64,000 nucleotides of DNA, taken from contig JBHGNT010000017.1 in the NCBI GenBank assembly GCA_043228905.1, positions 17,980,001 to 18,044,000 on the forward strand, in the 5' to 3' direction. The translations under genes were made by a program, and so were the position numbers. The stretch comes from Azolla caroliniana (lineage: Eukaryota > Plantae > Polypodiophyta). Positions 48,389-60,764 of the stretch are shown here, piece after piece (position 1 is the first letter of the stretch; each line of letters begins with the position of its first letter). The notes beneath the pieces were generated by a model that saw only the letters and a program-made list of their open reading frames with translations, was not told where the DNA came from and did no database searches.

Positions 48389-49772
48389 ACATGCAGCAAT
48401 ACAAAATTGTCCTTCAAGTTCTTCTCTTGATCAGTGCCAGAAATGTCCAAGCTTTTAAGCTTCCAAGTTAGTTTATATTTTGCACCACTATCAAGGATAT
48501 CCACTATAAGAGCTAATTTTTCTTTTTTGCAATCTGGCTCTAGAGTAACCTCCCTCTTTGAAGACCATAACACAAACACTATGGTAGGGTTTGTAAGACA
48601 TCCAACATACAAAGACTTGCATTGAATGCTTATTTGTGGTCGGGCTTACAATTTCTTTGGCCTCAAATTCAACCTCTAGCATGCTTCCTTCAAATTTAAG
48701 CCGGCATTTTTTTGCTAGTTCTACAGCTTTCTTTGCATCTCCTTCTGTCTCAAAATGAACAAATCCATAACCTTTGGACTTCCAATTCATCTTTTCTGTG
48801 TGAATTTTGCATGCGAAAATTGTATTGTTGCCTATGGAAGCATTCAAGAACTCTACGAGATCCTCTGCCATGGCTGTATACAGTATTTTCGAGATGCGTA
48901 CAGTGCAGGTACTTGTTGAGGGTAAAAATAAAGAAAAGGTTCATTTCTATCTCTCTCGAAGATCTCAAACATTTCTATCTCTCTCGAAAAGGTGCATTAT
49001 GGATTTATTTTGTACAAGATTTAAACTATAGAAAACAGTTTATCAATAACATTTGCTAGATAATAAGCACCTAGCAGGAGCACATTATATAAACCAGTAA
49101 AGAGAATAACTTATCCCTTTTTTTATCAACCATTGATCCATTCCAGGAGACCATGCGATATTTATTATCAGTAATTTGAATGGTCTTATTAATGTAGGAA
49201 AACCCATTATTCCTAACAGAAACTATAAAAAGCATAATTATTGGGCATTAAATAGTACATATAAAGCCTGAGTTCATTGTTGGTTGGGGAAAATAGACAA
49301 CAGATAGGAGAAAAGTAGGAGATTTCGAAAAAAGATTGGAGATTAAATACAATATCTTATCATTGCATCCAAATATTAAAGATGTGGCCCATTGAATTTC
49401 ACGCACACAATATTCCAGCAACACTAAGCCAAGTTAAATACATTAATTTATCAATATTACAAGAAACATAAAACAAAATTAATCACAATGTTTTATCGCT
49501 TATGAAACCTTATTATGTTTTAAGAGGGATTAGAAACACTTACCCACCACATACATGATTGCCATTTGAACATTCCATCGCAAGTGTCACTAGCCCTATA
49601 AGCTGTGATAATTATCACTTAAAGCCAAACAGGACAACCCATTCGAAAAATATTTAGCGACTCTATACAGAAAACTCTGAACCATCTTTAAAAACCATAT
49701 TAGAGACATTATCAATGATTAGTTTTTTATGCACACATTAAAATATGCAATGGCCTTCTTCTTCTTCTTCTT

Positions 49773-49803
<31 letters not shown>

Positions 49804-49807
49804 ACAA

Positions 49808-51395
49808 TGTGATAGAGTGATGATAAAAAGAAAAGATAAAGAAGATATATAAATCTAAAACTACAAAGATCTATTGATCATGAAAGAAGGAAGAGAGAAA
49901 GAAGATACAACTACAAATATCTATTGATAAGAATTCAAACAACACTACATGAATTTGAAAGAAATCACCACAAGAAAGAGACTCCTCTCAACCACGCTTT
50001 TTTTAGAACTTTTCATTCTTTATACTTAGCTATGAGACAACGATCTTCTAATCGTCATATCTCCCTCATCCGAGCTCCAAATATAGAGATTTAAAAAGCT
50101 ACGGATAGCTCTCTTTACAAGCTTTCCAACCTATATTTGAACATAATATTTGGCTTCTAAACGAATGAGTTATGGGTGTTCGTTTCAAACTATGTTTTGG
50201 TACCCCACTTTTTTTTTCTTTTACTTTTCTCCATGTGTCTTGCTTTTAGTTTGACTTATCCTTAAGACCTTGGTTTGTGTCCTTGACCTCCGGATGTGAA
50301 TGCTCCAAACCATATATTCTTGTAGTGTTCAATACTTTGAATTCTAAAAACACTTTCACATTTAGCCCTCCCCCTTGCTTCTTGGTGAACCATTTATGGT
50401 GAACCCTAAGCTACTAATAAAACCAAAGATTCTCCTTCGCCTTATTCATGGCTATAGACAAAGAAGGAGAGAATAAATAAAACAAATTATGTGAGTAAAA
50501 CCCCCACTAGTCGATAGGAAAAACCTCACTCCTAGACACACACCCACACACACATTGACAATTGCCATCGCCATCTTTCTCCTTGTCAACACAAAGAAAG
50601 AGGTTACCACAAATACTATGTCTTTGTCAACTCTCCAAACACGAGTAGGGTCATGCGATACATAGCTCTTGAGAGAAGTAAACATGTCAACATATGAATA
50701 AACCTTTTGAGCGAGCAAACCTTTTGCACAAACACCTTCAAAGCTTTGAGACTCGTCGGAGTAGTCACCTTTTGAATTACTTTGATCTTTGATTCCACGT
50801 GAATTCCTTCTTGGCACATGACATTCTCCATACTACCTTGTTTTGTATGTTTGACCATTTCATCTATAATCGCATCTCGAAAAGGAAGCAAAAATAGATC
50901 TCATTTGGTTGAATCATTCAAGGGTTGGAAATTGATGTCTTTCTCCTTTGGAACCACAACAATAGGTGAGACAAACTTCAAATCCTCCAACTTGATGTGG
51001 TGCTTGATGCCTTCTACTCTTATCTGTGAATAGTCATTTATGAATAACTTTGGAAACTTAAAAAGAAGAGAAATAAACCTTAGATTCTCTTCTCCTTGGA
51101 CATCGTTTGAAATCATCTTCTTTTTCCCCTTTAGTGTGATAATACTTTTCTCTTCAATGACTTCTTCTTCTTCCTTAGACACCATGTGGAACGATTTGTT
51201 TTCCATATCCCACGAAGATTCATCAATTGTTATGCTTTCCTCTTCTTGCTTGCCATTGTCGATAGATGATTCCTTCTCCTTTATACATTTGATTAGTTGT
51301 GGTGGATCCTTTGATGGTGATAAGTTCATGATACTCCAATCATGCATTACAAGTAATTTTCTTGGCTCTTGACCAAATTGTTGCAAGGCAATCAA
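49808..51395 (-). mobile_element. Ty3/Gypsy remnant: condensed pol (50616-51395), PPT (~50365-50378) and 3' LTR (49808-50360)
   Basis: LTR ends tgtgaaag...ctatcaca on the minus strand; PPT aagggggagggc; IKHHIKL, VSPIVVVPK, LPFRDAIID, KIKVIQKVTTPTSLKALKVF. Confidence 0.7.
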
Positions 51396-52015
51396 GGATG
51401 CAACCTAGGACCAAATTTTTGCAAGGCACCAAGGTATTCATGATGAAAGAACCTAATGCGCTCTATGCATGACATCTCATGTCTATAGTCATTATCATTA
51501 TTGTGGTCCCAGGCTAACAACTTGGCTTCTTCATGTGTAAGTCCAGTGTACACTTTACATTCTGCATATTTGAAGAACGGGGTAAGAGGATACTCCTTCA
51601 CAAGTTAACATCGGGCTTCAACAGAGTGGGATCCTCCAATCACATAGTATGCGTAACCATCAACCGAATTGTACTTGAAGTCTACTGCAATTGGGCACTG
51701 ATCTGGGTCTACCATTACTGAGAATGGCACTACAGTAGCATGTGGATTTATCTTCATTTTGCTTTTCAAGTTCTACACATGCATTGAATGCAGCTCTCTT
51801 ATCTCTAGAGCCCATCTTCCTGTTTCCGAATCAATTGGTGGTTGATGAATAGAACAAATCGGTAAGTGAAATAGTTGTCCCTTATGGACAAGCTTAGTGT
51901 TTACCATATTTTCTCGAATCCAATTTTGCTCTGAGGTGAGGATTCTCGATGCAATCTGGCCACATGGAGGAATTACTTCGAGTTGTGTTTCTTCCTCCTC
52001 ATCTTCGACTGACAA
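51392..52015 (-). pseudogene. ParB/Srx-fold domain ORF with two in-frame stops
   Basis: One frame over 208 codons: FHLPICSI..LEIREL..HV*NLKSKM..PFSVMV..YYVIGGSHSVEAR..CKVYTGLTHEEAKLLAWDHN..MSCIERIR. Confidence 0.65.
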
Positions 52016-53229
52016 GATCCGTCTGACAAGAATAAGACAAACATAGAGAGAGACCTATGATGTCCCTAGTAAGCTCCACTCAATCACATAAGACTGCCAA
52101 TATTTTGATTGATGGAAGCTGGATCATGGGTCTCAGAAATGTTATGCAAAATGTTAACTATGAATAAACATTTCCGATATGCCAAAGGAGGCATATGCAT
52201 GAATGCAATACAACCCAATGATGATCTATTCTCATAGGTTACATGTCCCGTGATAAAGCAAAAATACATGAAGCTTGATAACATTGTTAAGCGAGGATAA
52301 TGAAGCTCTAGTATATATACGATAGCAATGGTGGGAGAAATGGCCAGCAAGGACATAGATGAGATATACCATGATGCCATATGGCCAAACTGCCAACAAG
52401 GTTATGCGAGAATCAAAATAGGTGTAAATTGGTGATTGAATCAAAATAGGTCAGGAATATGTTGAATCCTCATAATTCAATACGCAATTTCTTATATTCA
52501 AGTTAAATGGGTGCTTTATTTTCTTGCCCATATAAGTAGATCAGTGTTCTCAAACAGTTTTTAACATTATTTATGCCAATGACTGATCTATTAATGTCAA
52601 AGTTGGCCTTGCCATACATATCACGACTGCAATTCTGCACATAATCACTGAACATTATGGCACAGATGGTGATTGAAAGCTGATCATATTCTCACAAGAA
52701 TGCTGCATGCTAGGCTCATCAAACAAATCATACAATAGAACCTTGGATATCAATCAAATCATTATAACAGATGAGCTTCTCATCTGTTAAATTAAATAGT
52801 ACACGTTTTGCAACATTTGAATGATAGAAGAACTCTTTCAAAAACCTCAAAATTTTAAATGGAAATAAAAAACTGTGATTTATATGACTGAAGACATTTG
52901 AAAAGACTCTGAGTAAACATACTGGTGGTGTCCAGTAGTTCAATTTCAGAAGTAAAACAAGTGTTATAAAATGCCAAATAATATATATCTCTAAAGCACA
53001 TTACTCTTTGGCCTAATGCTTTCCAACAACAACAAAAGCTTGACTCGATCAATTATGAATGTTACATGGTTTCATTTGCTATGGAAAGGATACAATAAGG
53101 ATGTACAATATAGCACCATTAGAAAGGGCAAACGTAGTCAACACAGTTGACTTGGAAACCACACAAGTTCTAGACCTTCAACTCTCCATGTGTGCCTGTT
53201 CCGAAATAAGCTTCTTCCATTCTACACAT

Positions 53230-56200
53230 TTACGTTGTTCCAAAAGCTCCAGCTCTTGAAAATACTTCCTCATGGAACCTTATAGTCTGCAAAAGGAAAA
53301 TTCTTATTAACTCCTTTCCCCAGCCTTTTTACTCTACAATATCCTCATCCATGATCTTGCTGGTTACATTGCTTTCTTCTCACTATTTCTTACCTGTTTA
53401 AATAAAATCTGATGTGCATTAATAGAAACAGAAAAAGGTATCAAAAACCATTACCGCTGCTAATATCTTCTCAGCAGACGCTTGAAGCTGAGATTTCTTG
53501 TTTTCCTTGTAAACCAGCTTGTCAGACAGAGCCTTTTTCAAATTGTTGGTCTGTTGATATGACAAAGTAGTTTTCAGCAAACACAAGTCTCAACTAACAA
53601 AAAGATATAAAAAAAGGAGATAGAGATATACTCGGTTATCTAATTCAATGATGACATGATGGCGTTCATCGTGGTCTACTTTACATTCCTCTTCTCTTCT
53701 TTTCATGGCTTCAAGATCCTGCGATGCAGCATTACTATGTTGCATCTGTTTTTCAGCATGTTCTTCCAGTCTCTTCGCTATAAAAAAGAGAAATTTTGAC
53801 ACCATAAACTTAAAGCATTTTAATATTGGAAATTTGGAAACATTTGTTCGTCTCATTGGCCATTATAGTCTTTTAGAGACGTTAATATATCTTTCTTGGC
53901 AACAAACATATAGCCTTCAAGAATTGACCCATTTACCACTCCATTTCAGTTCATCTCTCTGCGCATCAAGAGACCACTCTTCTTTTTCCATGGCCTTGAG
54001 CTTTGACTTGCGTTCCTTTAGAACCTTTTCTGTGTTGCGGTCATTTACCTGTCATTCAATGGTATTATCCTGTTAATGCAGCATTCTCTATACAGTTCGT
54101 GATTCCAATTCATTCCTAATCACATACCTGCTCTTCTAGTGACTGCAGCGCTTCTTGGAGTTTGAGTATCTTCTTTTCTGTCTGTTGAATTGAAAAAAAA
54201 GTCAGAATAGCTGCTCTTGCCATATTTAAGCAACCCTCTTTCAAAATCTAAAGCAATTAGACATCATCTAAGCAAACTCGTAACCTAGTGGAAAGAGGGA
54301 GAGAGAGATAATGAACCTACCTTTGTAATGACCTCTGTTTTCGCTTTCCATCTCTCGAGATTTTCATAAGCCTTCTTCATTAAATCTTCTTCTTCAGATA
54401 ATGCAACTTTCTTCTCTTCAAGTGTTTTCTACAAACAACGAAAGGCATTAATAATAACAGACATCTTCTTCAGCAAATGCCAATGCTGACAGCTCTGATG
54501 CTATTTCACCTGTAATTCCTGTGGATTTTCCACTATTTGTGACCGAATATTAGAACCTTCTTGCTGTTTTTGCATGATTTCAAAATCCACACTCGATATC
54601 TGTATCAGAGGGAGATTTTTCCTGATTCTTGATAAACATGGTAAAATGCTGATATTATCACCTGTAGATACCAAGAAAACAAACCTTGTCTACAATGCTA
54701 ATATCTTCCTGTTTCAAATTATTGATGTCAGATTGCAATACACGTTGCTGCTTATTCAGGGTCTGGATCAGATTGTTCAGCTCTTTTATTTCCAGCTCTA
54801 ATGCCTCCATTTGTGGGCGTGCTGCCATCCCTTCTTTTTCAATTTGAGCAATATCATTTTCTATCTAATAGTTACAACCAACCAAGAAAATCCAAGACCT
54901 TTTAATGAAATAGCCACCCACATCTTCATCAGATATGCCTTCCTTTCCAAGAATATGTAATGCACATAATTCAATCAAATCTTAACTCCTAAATATAACA
55001 TGTATGACCAGAAAAACACATATTCATTGAGGTAGACATGAGCACCATAAAACAGTCTCCTACTTTAGACAGTAGGAAGCTTAATTCATAGGCTTAATTG
55101 TCAAATAATGAAATTTGTGAGGGAAAGAAACAATTGCACACTAGAAAATCCTTCCCAACCACCCATCCCAGCATGTATCCATTGTCAGATTACAATCTAA
55201 GCTTTCATGGAGGATATCTAGCGTACACAATCCTCAGGCATCTAGTATCACACTCAGATGATACAATAAAGCGTCCAATTTCACAATGGGCTAGGCCCCG
55301 TCTCATAGACCGCAATAGGTCTCCTGTGGACATTAAAAAGATATCTATATATCTTAATAATTCAGCTTCACATAAATTTCCAAGAAACAGTTTCTTCCTG
55401 AAACCAATATGCTTACTAGAATCCAATCATCATCCTTCATGATATTTTGACTAACTGCATAGTATTAGATTAGCCAAGACTACAAACAAGAAATTCATTC
55501 TAGAGCTTGCAGTTTCAAAGAAACTTCATAGAACAAGAGAACTAAAGGTTATATGGATGAACAGATAACATGACACTATCAGACACAGGAAAAATAGCAG
55601 AGAGTTTCATCTGATTACCACCCTGAATGATCATTGGTTATGGATAATATTGTCTCACAGTGCAAATAACTCAATACATGATCAGCACTATAGTTTTTCA
55701 TCACTTCCTTTGCATATGACTGGTGCTATATGGTACTGCATACTGTGACAAAAATATTTCAGCAACGTACCCCTACAGTTTTTTTCCTTCTTCTTTCTAT
55801 TCATTAAAAGCTTATTATGAATACACAAAAGACAAATCTCAGATCATTCTGGTTACATTTTCTTATGCATTGTACGTAAGTGTTGTAAAGGTTTAAATAT
55901 ATATATATATAGGTATTCCAAACATATCATTGTTTGGTGACCTTGGCTTTCTCCTGACTAACTTGCTCCAGTTTAGTCAATTCCTCATTCCGTACTGCAG
56001 TGAGCTCGGCGATAAAAGCGGCCTTCATATTGCTGGAAACATGGTGATCTTAATGTGAGCTTTTCAAAGAAACTAAAGGGGTGCATCCTTTGGAAGGATG
56101 GTCAAAAAGTGTATCTATAGAGGCACTTAAAAAGGGAAGTGAAAATTTTTCATAAATACACTTACCTGAATATGATGTAGTTGATAGCTGCCGATAAGAA

Positions 56201-58012
56201 CCGAATTGTCCGTTGTGACTCGGGGCGGGAAATGTCATTTATAACAGAAAAATCATCTGCACCTGCAGCCATCATGAACTTATTCAAGCGAGAAAAGAAT
56301 TGCATAGCTGTATAAGATTCGGTGTGCATCTCTGGATAATCTCCTAGTGCTTGGATAGCCTCGAATCCCGGTTGTGTCGATTCTTCTCTAAAAGATAAAC
56401 ATTTTCTAGTTCATTAAATGTACCATTGGAACTATATGCATAAATCAATCAGAATGTCATCTAGAAGAAAATATTAAGCATAGAAAGCGAACAAAATGGA
56501 AATTCTCGTTCATAAAAATAAGAAACGAATATACTATTGTTTTATACTGACAAACAGAAACTGGACACATTCCAATTCATGTGAAAGTAACAAGCATTTC
56601 CCTCCTTCATATCTCCGCTTAAGAGTTACTTTACTACTTAGAACTTACTTCAAAATGGTCAAGGTTTGTAAAACTTCTTTCAGAGCAAAACCATTTTGGT
56701 CAAGATTATGATATGATTTTCCATCAAAAACATAACCATATATAAAAGGGAAAAACTCTGAAAGACCTCTGAGGTTTTCTTTTATTTCCCCAAAAGCCCC
56801 AATGTATTTGATATTTCTCAAAATGTACCTAAGTATTTGTTATTTCTCCAAATGCTCCCGAACAAGCTCTGAAATAAAGGAAAAGGAGATCACTTTGACC
56901 ATCTAATTGCTCAATAGCAAATTAATTGAGGAGAAAAGGGGATCCTTTTTCACAACCTACTCACTCAAATAGCACATATAATTGACCTGGAGAGGGTCAA
57001 CAAAAGTGCATTTGGGGAAAGAACAAAACTTAGGGCATTTGGAGAAATGATTTGAAAATCAGAGAGGAGTCCATATCACAGTCTATAAACACAGGTTAGG
57101 TCAACAAGTGCTGTGTTCAATAGTGAAACGAGTGTTACTAGAATTCAACTCAGAGGGTTCCAGTATTCTAGGTTTTGGATTCACATATCTCTTTATCCTA
57201 TGCATACATCCATGTACATTGCAGAAAAAACTCCCCTTGACCCTAAATCTTACTTAACATCATTTACAAAGATACAAATTGATTGACAAAATCAGAAAGG
57301 CAGACTCCATTTCTCTGAAAAATTGTACGCTTCTTCACATCATCTAAGCACCTCCAGCCGTCCTGACTGTATTACGCAAGAAATTCAAGTCTGCACACTT
57401 TAATCTAATTCAGTTGACGTGATAACACTACCTTCCATCAAATGGCATGTTAAAGAGATTTTGACAGGTTTCTTGAATCTTATAATGAAGAACAAACAAT
57501 CCCTAAATTGTTCAATTGCAGGATTAGGGGGCATGATATCTTAATAATCACAATCACAAGTATTGACCAACATTTCCCTTCCCATGCTGGGTGAATAGAA
57601 CGAGCACAGTGAGAAACTAAAGAACTTTGGTGTTCGCATAAGAAAGCTTTCATAGTTCAATGCCAAAGCCAAAGCTTCTCGTTGTACAATGAGAATGCAA
57701 AACTTTTCATTTTTCGCTCTCAACCATTCATGAAAGGAAAAACAGAATGCATGTACGCATAATAACAGACAAAATGGAACATGAATTACCACGAATTCAC
57801 AGAAAGAATCGCAAGAGAAGAAGATGTTGAAACCTGGAATATGACGAGTATACAGGCTGAACAGAAACGAGGAATTCATAGATCGGCATGATAACATCTG
57901 GCGAAGGAGAAATCAGGTTCTCTAAAGAGAGCTTGGGAGCACCTCCCATATCTGCGATATGTTTGCATATCTCCTTCTTGTCTAGAACAGGATACGAGAA
58001 AAAGCGAGGCAT
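53230..58012 (-). CDS. NUF2: Kinetochore protein NUF2 (Ndc80 complex), multi-exon; last exon ambiguous (stop at 53364 or 53230)
   Basis: MPRFFSYPVLDKKEI..LISPSPD; DYPEMHTES..DDFSVINDISRPESQRTIRFLSAAINYIIFR (Nuf2 CH domain); IVENPQELQ and coiled-coil exons. Confidence 0.88.
56748..57075. mobile_element. Mutator-like MITE remnant in NUF2 intron 1
   Basis: Imperfect ~40-bp inverted arms ~56814-56857 and ~57008-57048; starts gggaaaaactctg; no TSD found. Confidence 0.45.
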
Positions 58013-58347
58013 GGTGGTAGAACGAAATATTCTTCTTATATTCGTCTATAAGGCCCTCTTCGCAATCTTCTGCTTCTTCTTTTATTCGTCCACAAAAATC
58101 CCTTCTTCTTCTTCTTCTTCTTCTTCTTCTTCTTCTTCTTCTTCTTTTATTCTTCTACGAAACGCTCTTCTGCTTCTGCTTCTCCTGCGCAATAGACTTT
58201 CACACTCACTAACAAGTGCGCGCAGGGATCCCGAAGCAGGTCTCTGGGGGGTGGAAGGAGACGTGCAGGGCCATGGTTAGAGGGGCGTTAGGCAGGCAGA
58301 CACGCACATGGTGTTGACGAGGGTCAGGGATATGGATACGGATAGGA

Positions 58348-58593
58348 TCAGGGTTAGGGTTAAGGCTAGGATTAGGGTTAGGGTTAGGGTTAGGGTTAGC
58401 AACAGAGGCAGGAGGGGCAGGGGCAGAGTTTCCCGCCCAATATAGTTAGGTTTAGGAATTTGTTATGTTTTTTTTTTAAAAAGGGAGGGAAGCCCCCCAA
58501 TACAAAAAATGGATAACTCTATTGGCCTAGAGTTTAGATTATTCTGACCAGAGGGTTTAAGGTTTAAGGTTTAGGGTTTAGGGTTTAGGGTTA
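58348..58593. repeat. Telomere-like tracts upstream of NUF2: (TTAGGG)n 58348-58399 and (TTTAGGG)n 58553-58593
   Basis: Read directly from sequence. Confidence 0.85.
58429..58436. promoter_or_regulatory. Candidate E2F site TTTCCCGC in NUF2 promoter
   Basis: Exact TTTSSCGC match ~420 bp upstream of the ATG of a cell-cycle gene. Confidence 0.5.
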
Positions 58594-58699
58594 CTTTATA
58601 TGCATGATCGGGATATAATGCCTGTGACATTTGAGTTTGCAAAAGCACCATATAATGCATTTTGTGTTTATTGATTGAGATCTCAATAGAGGGAGCTAA

Positions 58700-60165
58700 A
58701 CAGATGTTCGATGGCAGATCGATCAGTGGAGGCTAACTTTATTGACAAGCGAGCGCCTCACAATGGACAAGACCCGTAGACTCGACACTACGATCATGGA
58801 TCTGGCTATCAATCAAGGTTTTCCCAAAATATTAGTGTAGGAATTGGATTAACCCAATCGGTAACATGAGGAGATAAAAAATTCGGCATCCAGTTATCGA
58901 ATTATCAATGGTTAGTCCAGTTATGGCCAAGTTGTATAGCATTAGTGTGGAACAAAAAGATTAGCTTGTGGGTTGAACATCGTCACTGACTCACAAATGA
59001 GCACTTTGGTGAAGGATGCTTTAGACCAAAATATTCTATATGTTGATCATTTGGTTATGCTAAGAGTAATAATGGAAGAGAGTACGCTTCAAGGAAAAAC
59101 ACTACATTGTCATTTCATGGACTTCAAAAAACCTTTGATATTGTGCTAAGAAGATTGAAGTTTGGAAAAGAGTTATAGAGGTTAGAATATGATTAGAGCA
59201 TAATGTAGTTTGTACCGTGATGGTATTGAGCAAGTTGAATGCCAATAAAATATGGATGCTCAAAGTGCCTCGTAAGCAACATAGGGGTCAAGCAAGTTAT
59301 CCACACTTTCCCACGATCGGGAAAATCGTGTCAGGTTATAAGAAAGAAATATCTTCCCATAGAGGCGCTAATCATGCAAAGAGTATACAAGTATATCATA
59401 ATGATAAAGAATATCCCCTATCAAAGATTGTTAGAGCATGCTTGGGAACATAGGATGCAAGATAATAAATTTTAATTAGAGTAAATTCCTCTCACCTAGC
59501 TAAGCACTAGACATATTGAAAAATGGTTAAAAAGATGAAAGTAGAAGATCTATTGGATTTCTCAAGTGATATTGTGGAGTATGTATGTATATGATCATCG
59601 AGGATAGTTGCCCAAATGCCGTAAGGATGAAGGTGGCACGATGATAAAATGTCAACTAAAAAATTGTCATTGCAAATGTTAACCCTCAACATTGGCCCCG
59701 ATAGAACATAAGAATGGTAGAATGTATGTAACTCCATCTTGCTACCCCCGTGAGACCTGGCTCTCGTAAAGCTCTTACACAATTTTGAACTTCCTCACAC
59801 TAGTTAGGTGTGGAAGTGACATCACGGTATCATCGCCCAAGTATGAAGGCATGCAACGAAAACCTAATGGAGGATGAATAATGTCACTTAATTCTCGCAT
59901 GCTCATCATAGAGAAAGGAATTCGCCGAGAAGTATGATGACTTTGATAAATGTGGATGATAGTTTTAGTGTCATACTCAACCATGAAGGGTTAGTGCACA
60001 CAAACATGTGTTATTTGGACATTGAGGGTTTTTGCTACAAAGCTTTTTGCTACAGAGCAATGACCCCCATCTTCTTCGGAGGAAGGAGTCACATACGAGA
60101 CAAATATGTTTATTCGGCTCCATAGGTGAAATTTGGCCTCCTCATGGATGATAAAGAACCTATGC
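58700..60165 (+). mobile_element. Old degraded LINE related to the RTE-X-like family
   Basis: VDHLVMLRVIMEES..DFKKPFD homologous to ~28770-28870; 3' end 60113-60164 homologous to 30390-30440. Confidence 0.7.
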
Positions 60166-60584
60166 TAATCCAAGCAGATGGATGAATGCCAATCATTTGT
60201 GATCCCTACAGAGATCATGCGTTTTGTGCACAAACAAAAGAGTCAGCATCGGATCATTCACATACAAAAGCGTTCAATGGAGTCGGCTTCTAATCTGTCC
60301 CATACCTATCTATCTATCACCAATGCAGATATAGCATGAACCGACGCGAGCAGTCAAAAGAGCGGGCATGTGTAATCACTCGGTTCACTCAGAACAACAA
60401 CACATTTGACCTCAGGGAGATGGTGGGCCAGAAGCAGAGCATGGCCTAATACCGATTCACACCGTGTGTGAAGGCGGAAACCTGTCGGGACCCGAAATGG
60501 CCGCCCTGGCCATTTCACAATGTGTTAGGTCAGGCACGAACCGGACATATTCGCCCGCCCGAACGCAACTACCCGAAAACTTTT

Positions 60585-60720
60585 AAACCCTTGGAACCCT
60601 AACCTCACCCTAACCCTAGAGAGAACGGAGAATCTATAAACCCTAACCCTAGACAGAGAAATAGAATCTCTGAACCCTAAACCCCCATTGATGACAGAGA
60701 AGCTGTAAACCCTAAAACCT
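60585..60720 (+). promoter_or_regulatory. Telo-box (AAACCCTA-like) cluster upstream of the MAM33-family gene
   Basis: Repeated aaccct(a) motifs directly before the ATG at 60765. Confidence 0.55.
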
Positions 60721-60764
60721 CCCATCCATGGCAGAGAATCTCTGAGCTAGAACCGGAGCACGCC

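Larger units (their letters stand above)
42816..48910 (-). pseudogene. RNA-dependent RNA polymerase, RDR1/RDR2-type, with multiple disabling lesions
   Basis: N-terminal RRM (TVRIS.., NWKSKGYGFVHF), ITPTKIY..EVEMSNRV, FLAFSASQLRE, FSDGIG, FQIRYAGYKGVV, CSGSDLDGD (44074-44088), LFLSFPW; frameshifts at ~48645, ~45365, ~43420, ~43285 and in-frame TGA at 45076-45078. Confidence 0.9.

Noticed and set aside
55098-55442. ORFs in a NUF2 intron with a faint LINE-RT-like RSMRRG stretch
   Set aside because: Similarity too weak to call
56215-56240. Suspected frameshift in NUF2 exon 2
   Set aside because: Re-reading gives GAC ATT TCC CGC CCC GAG; the frame is intact
60494-60516. Hairpin gaaatggcc-gccct-ggccatttc
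   Set aside because: Isolated 9-bp stem with no ncRNA context I can recognise
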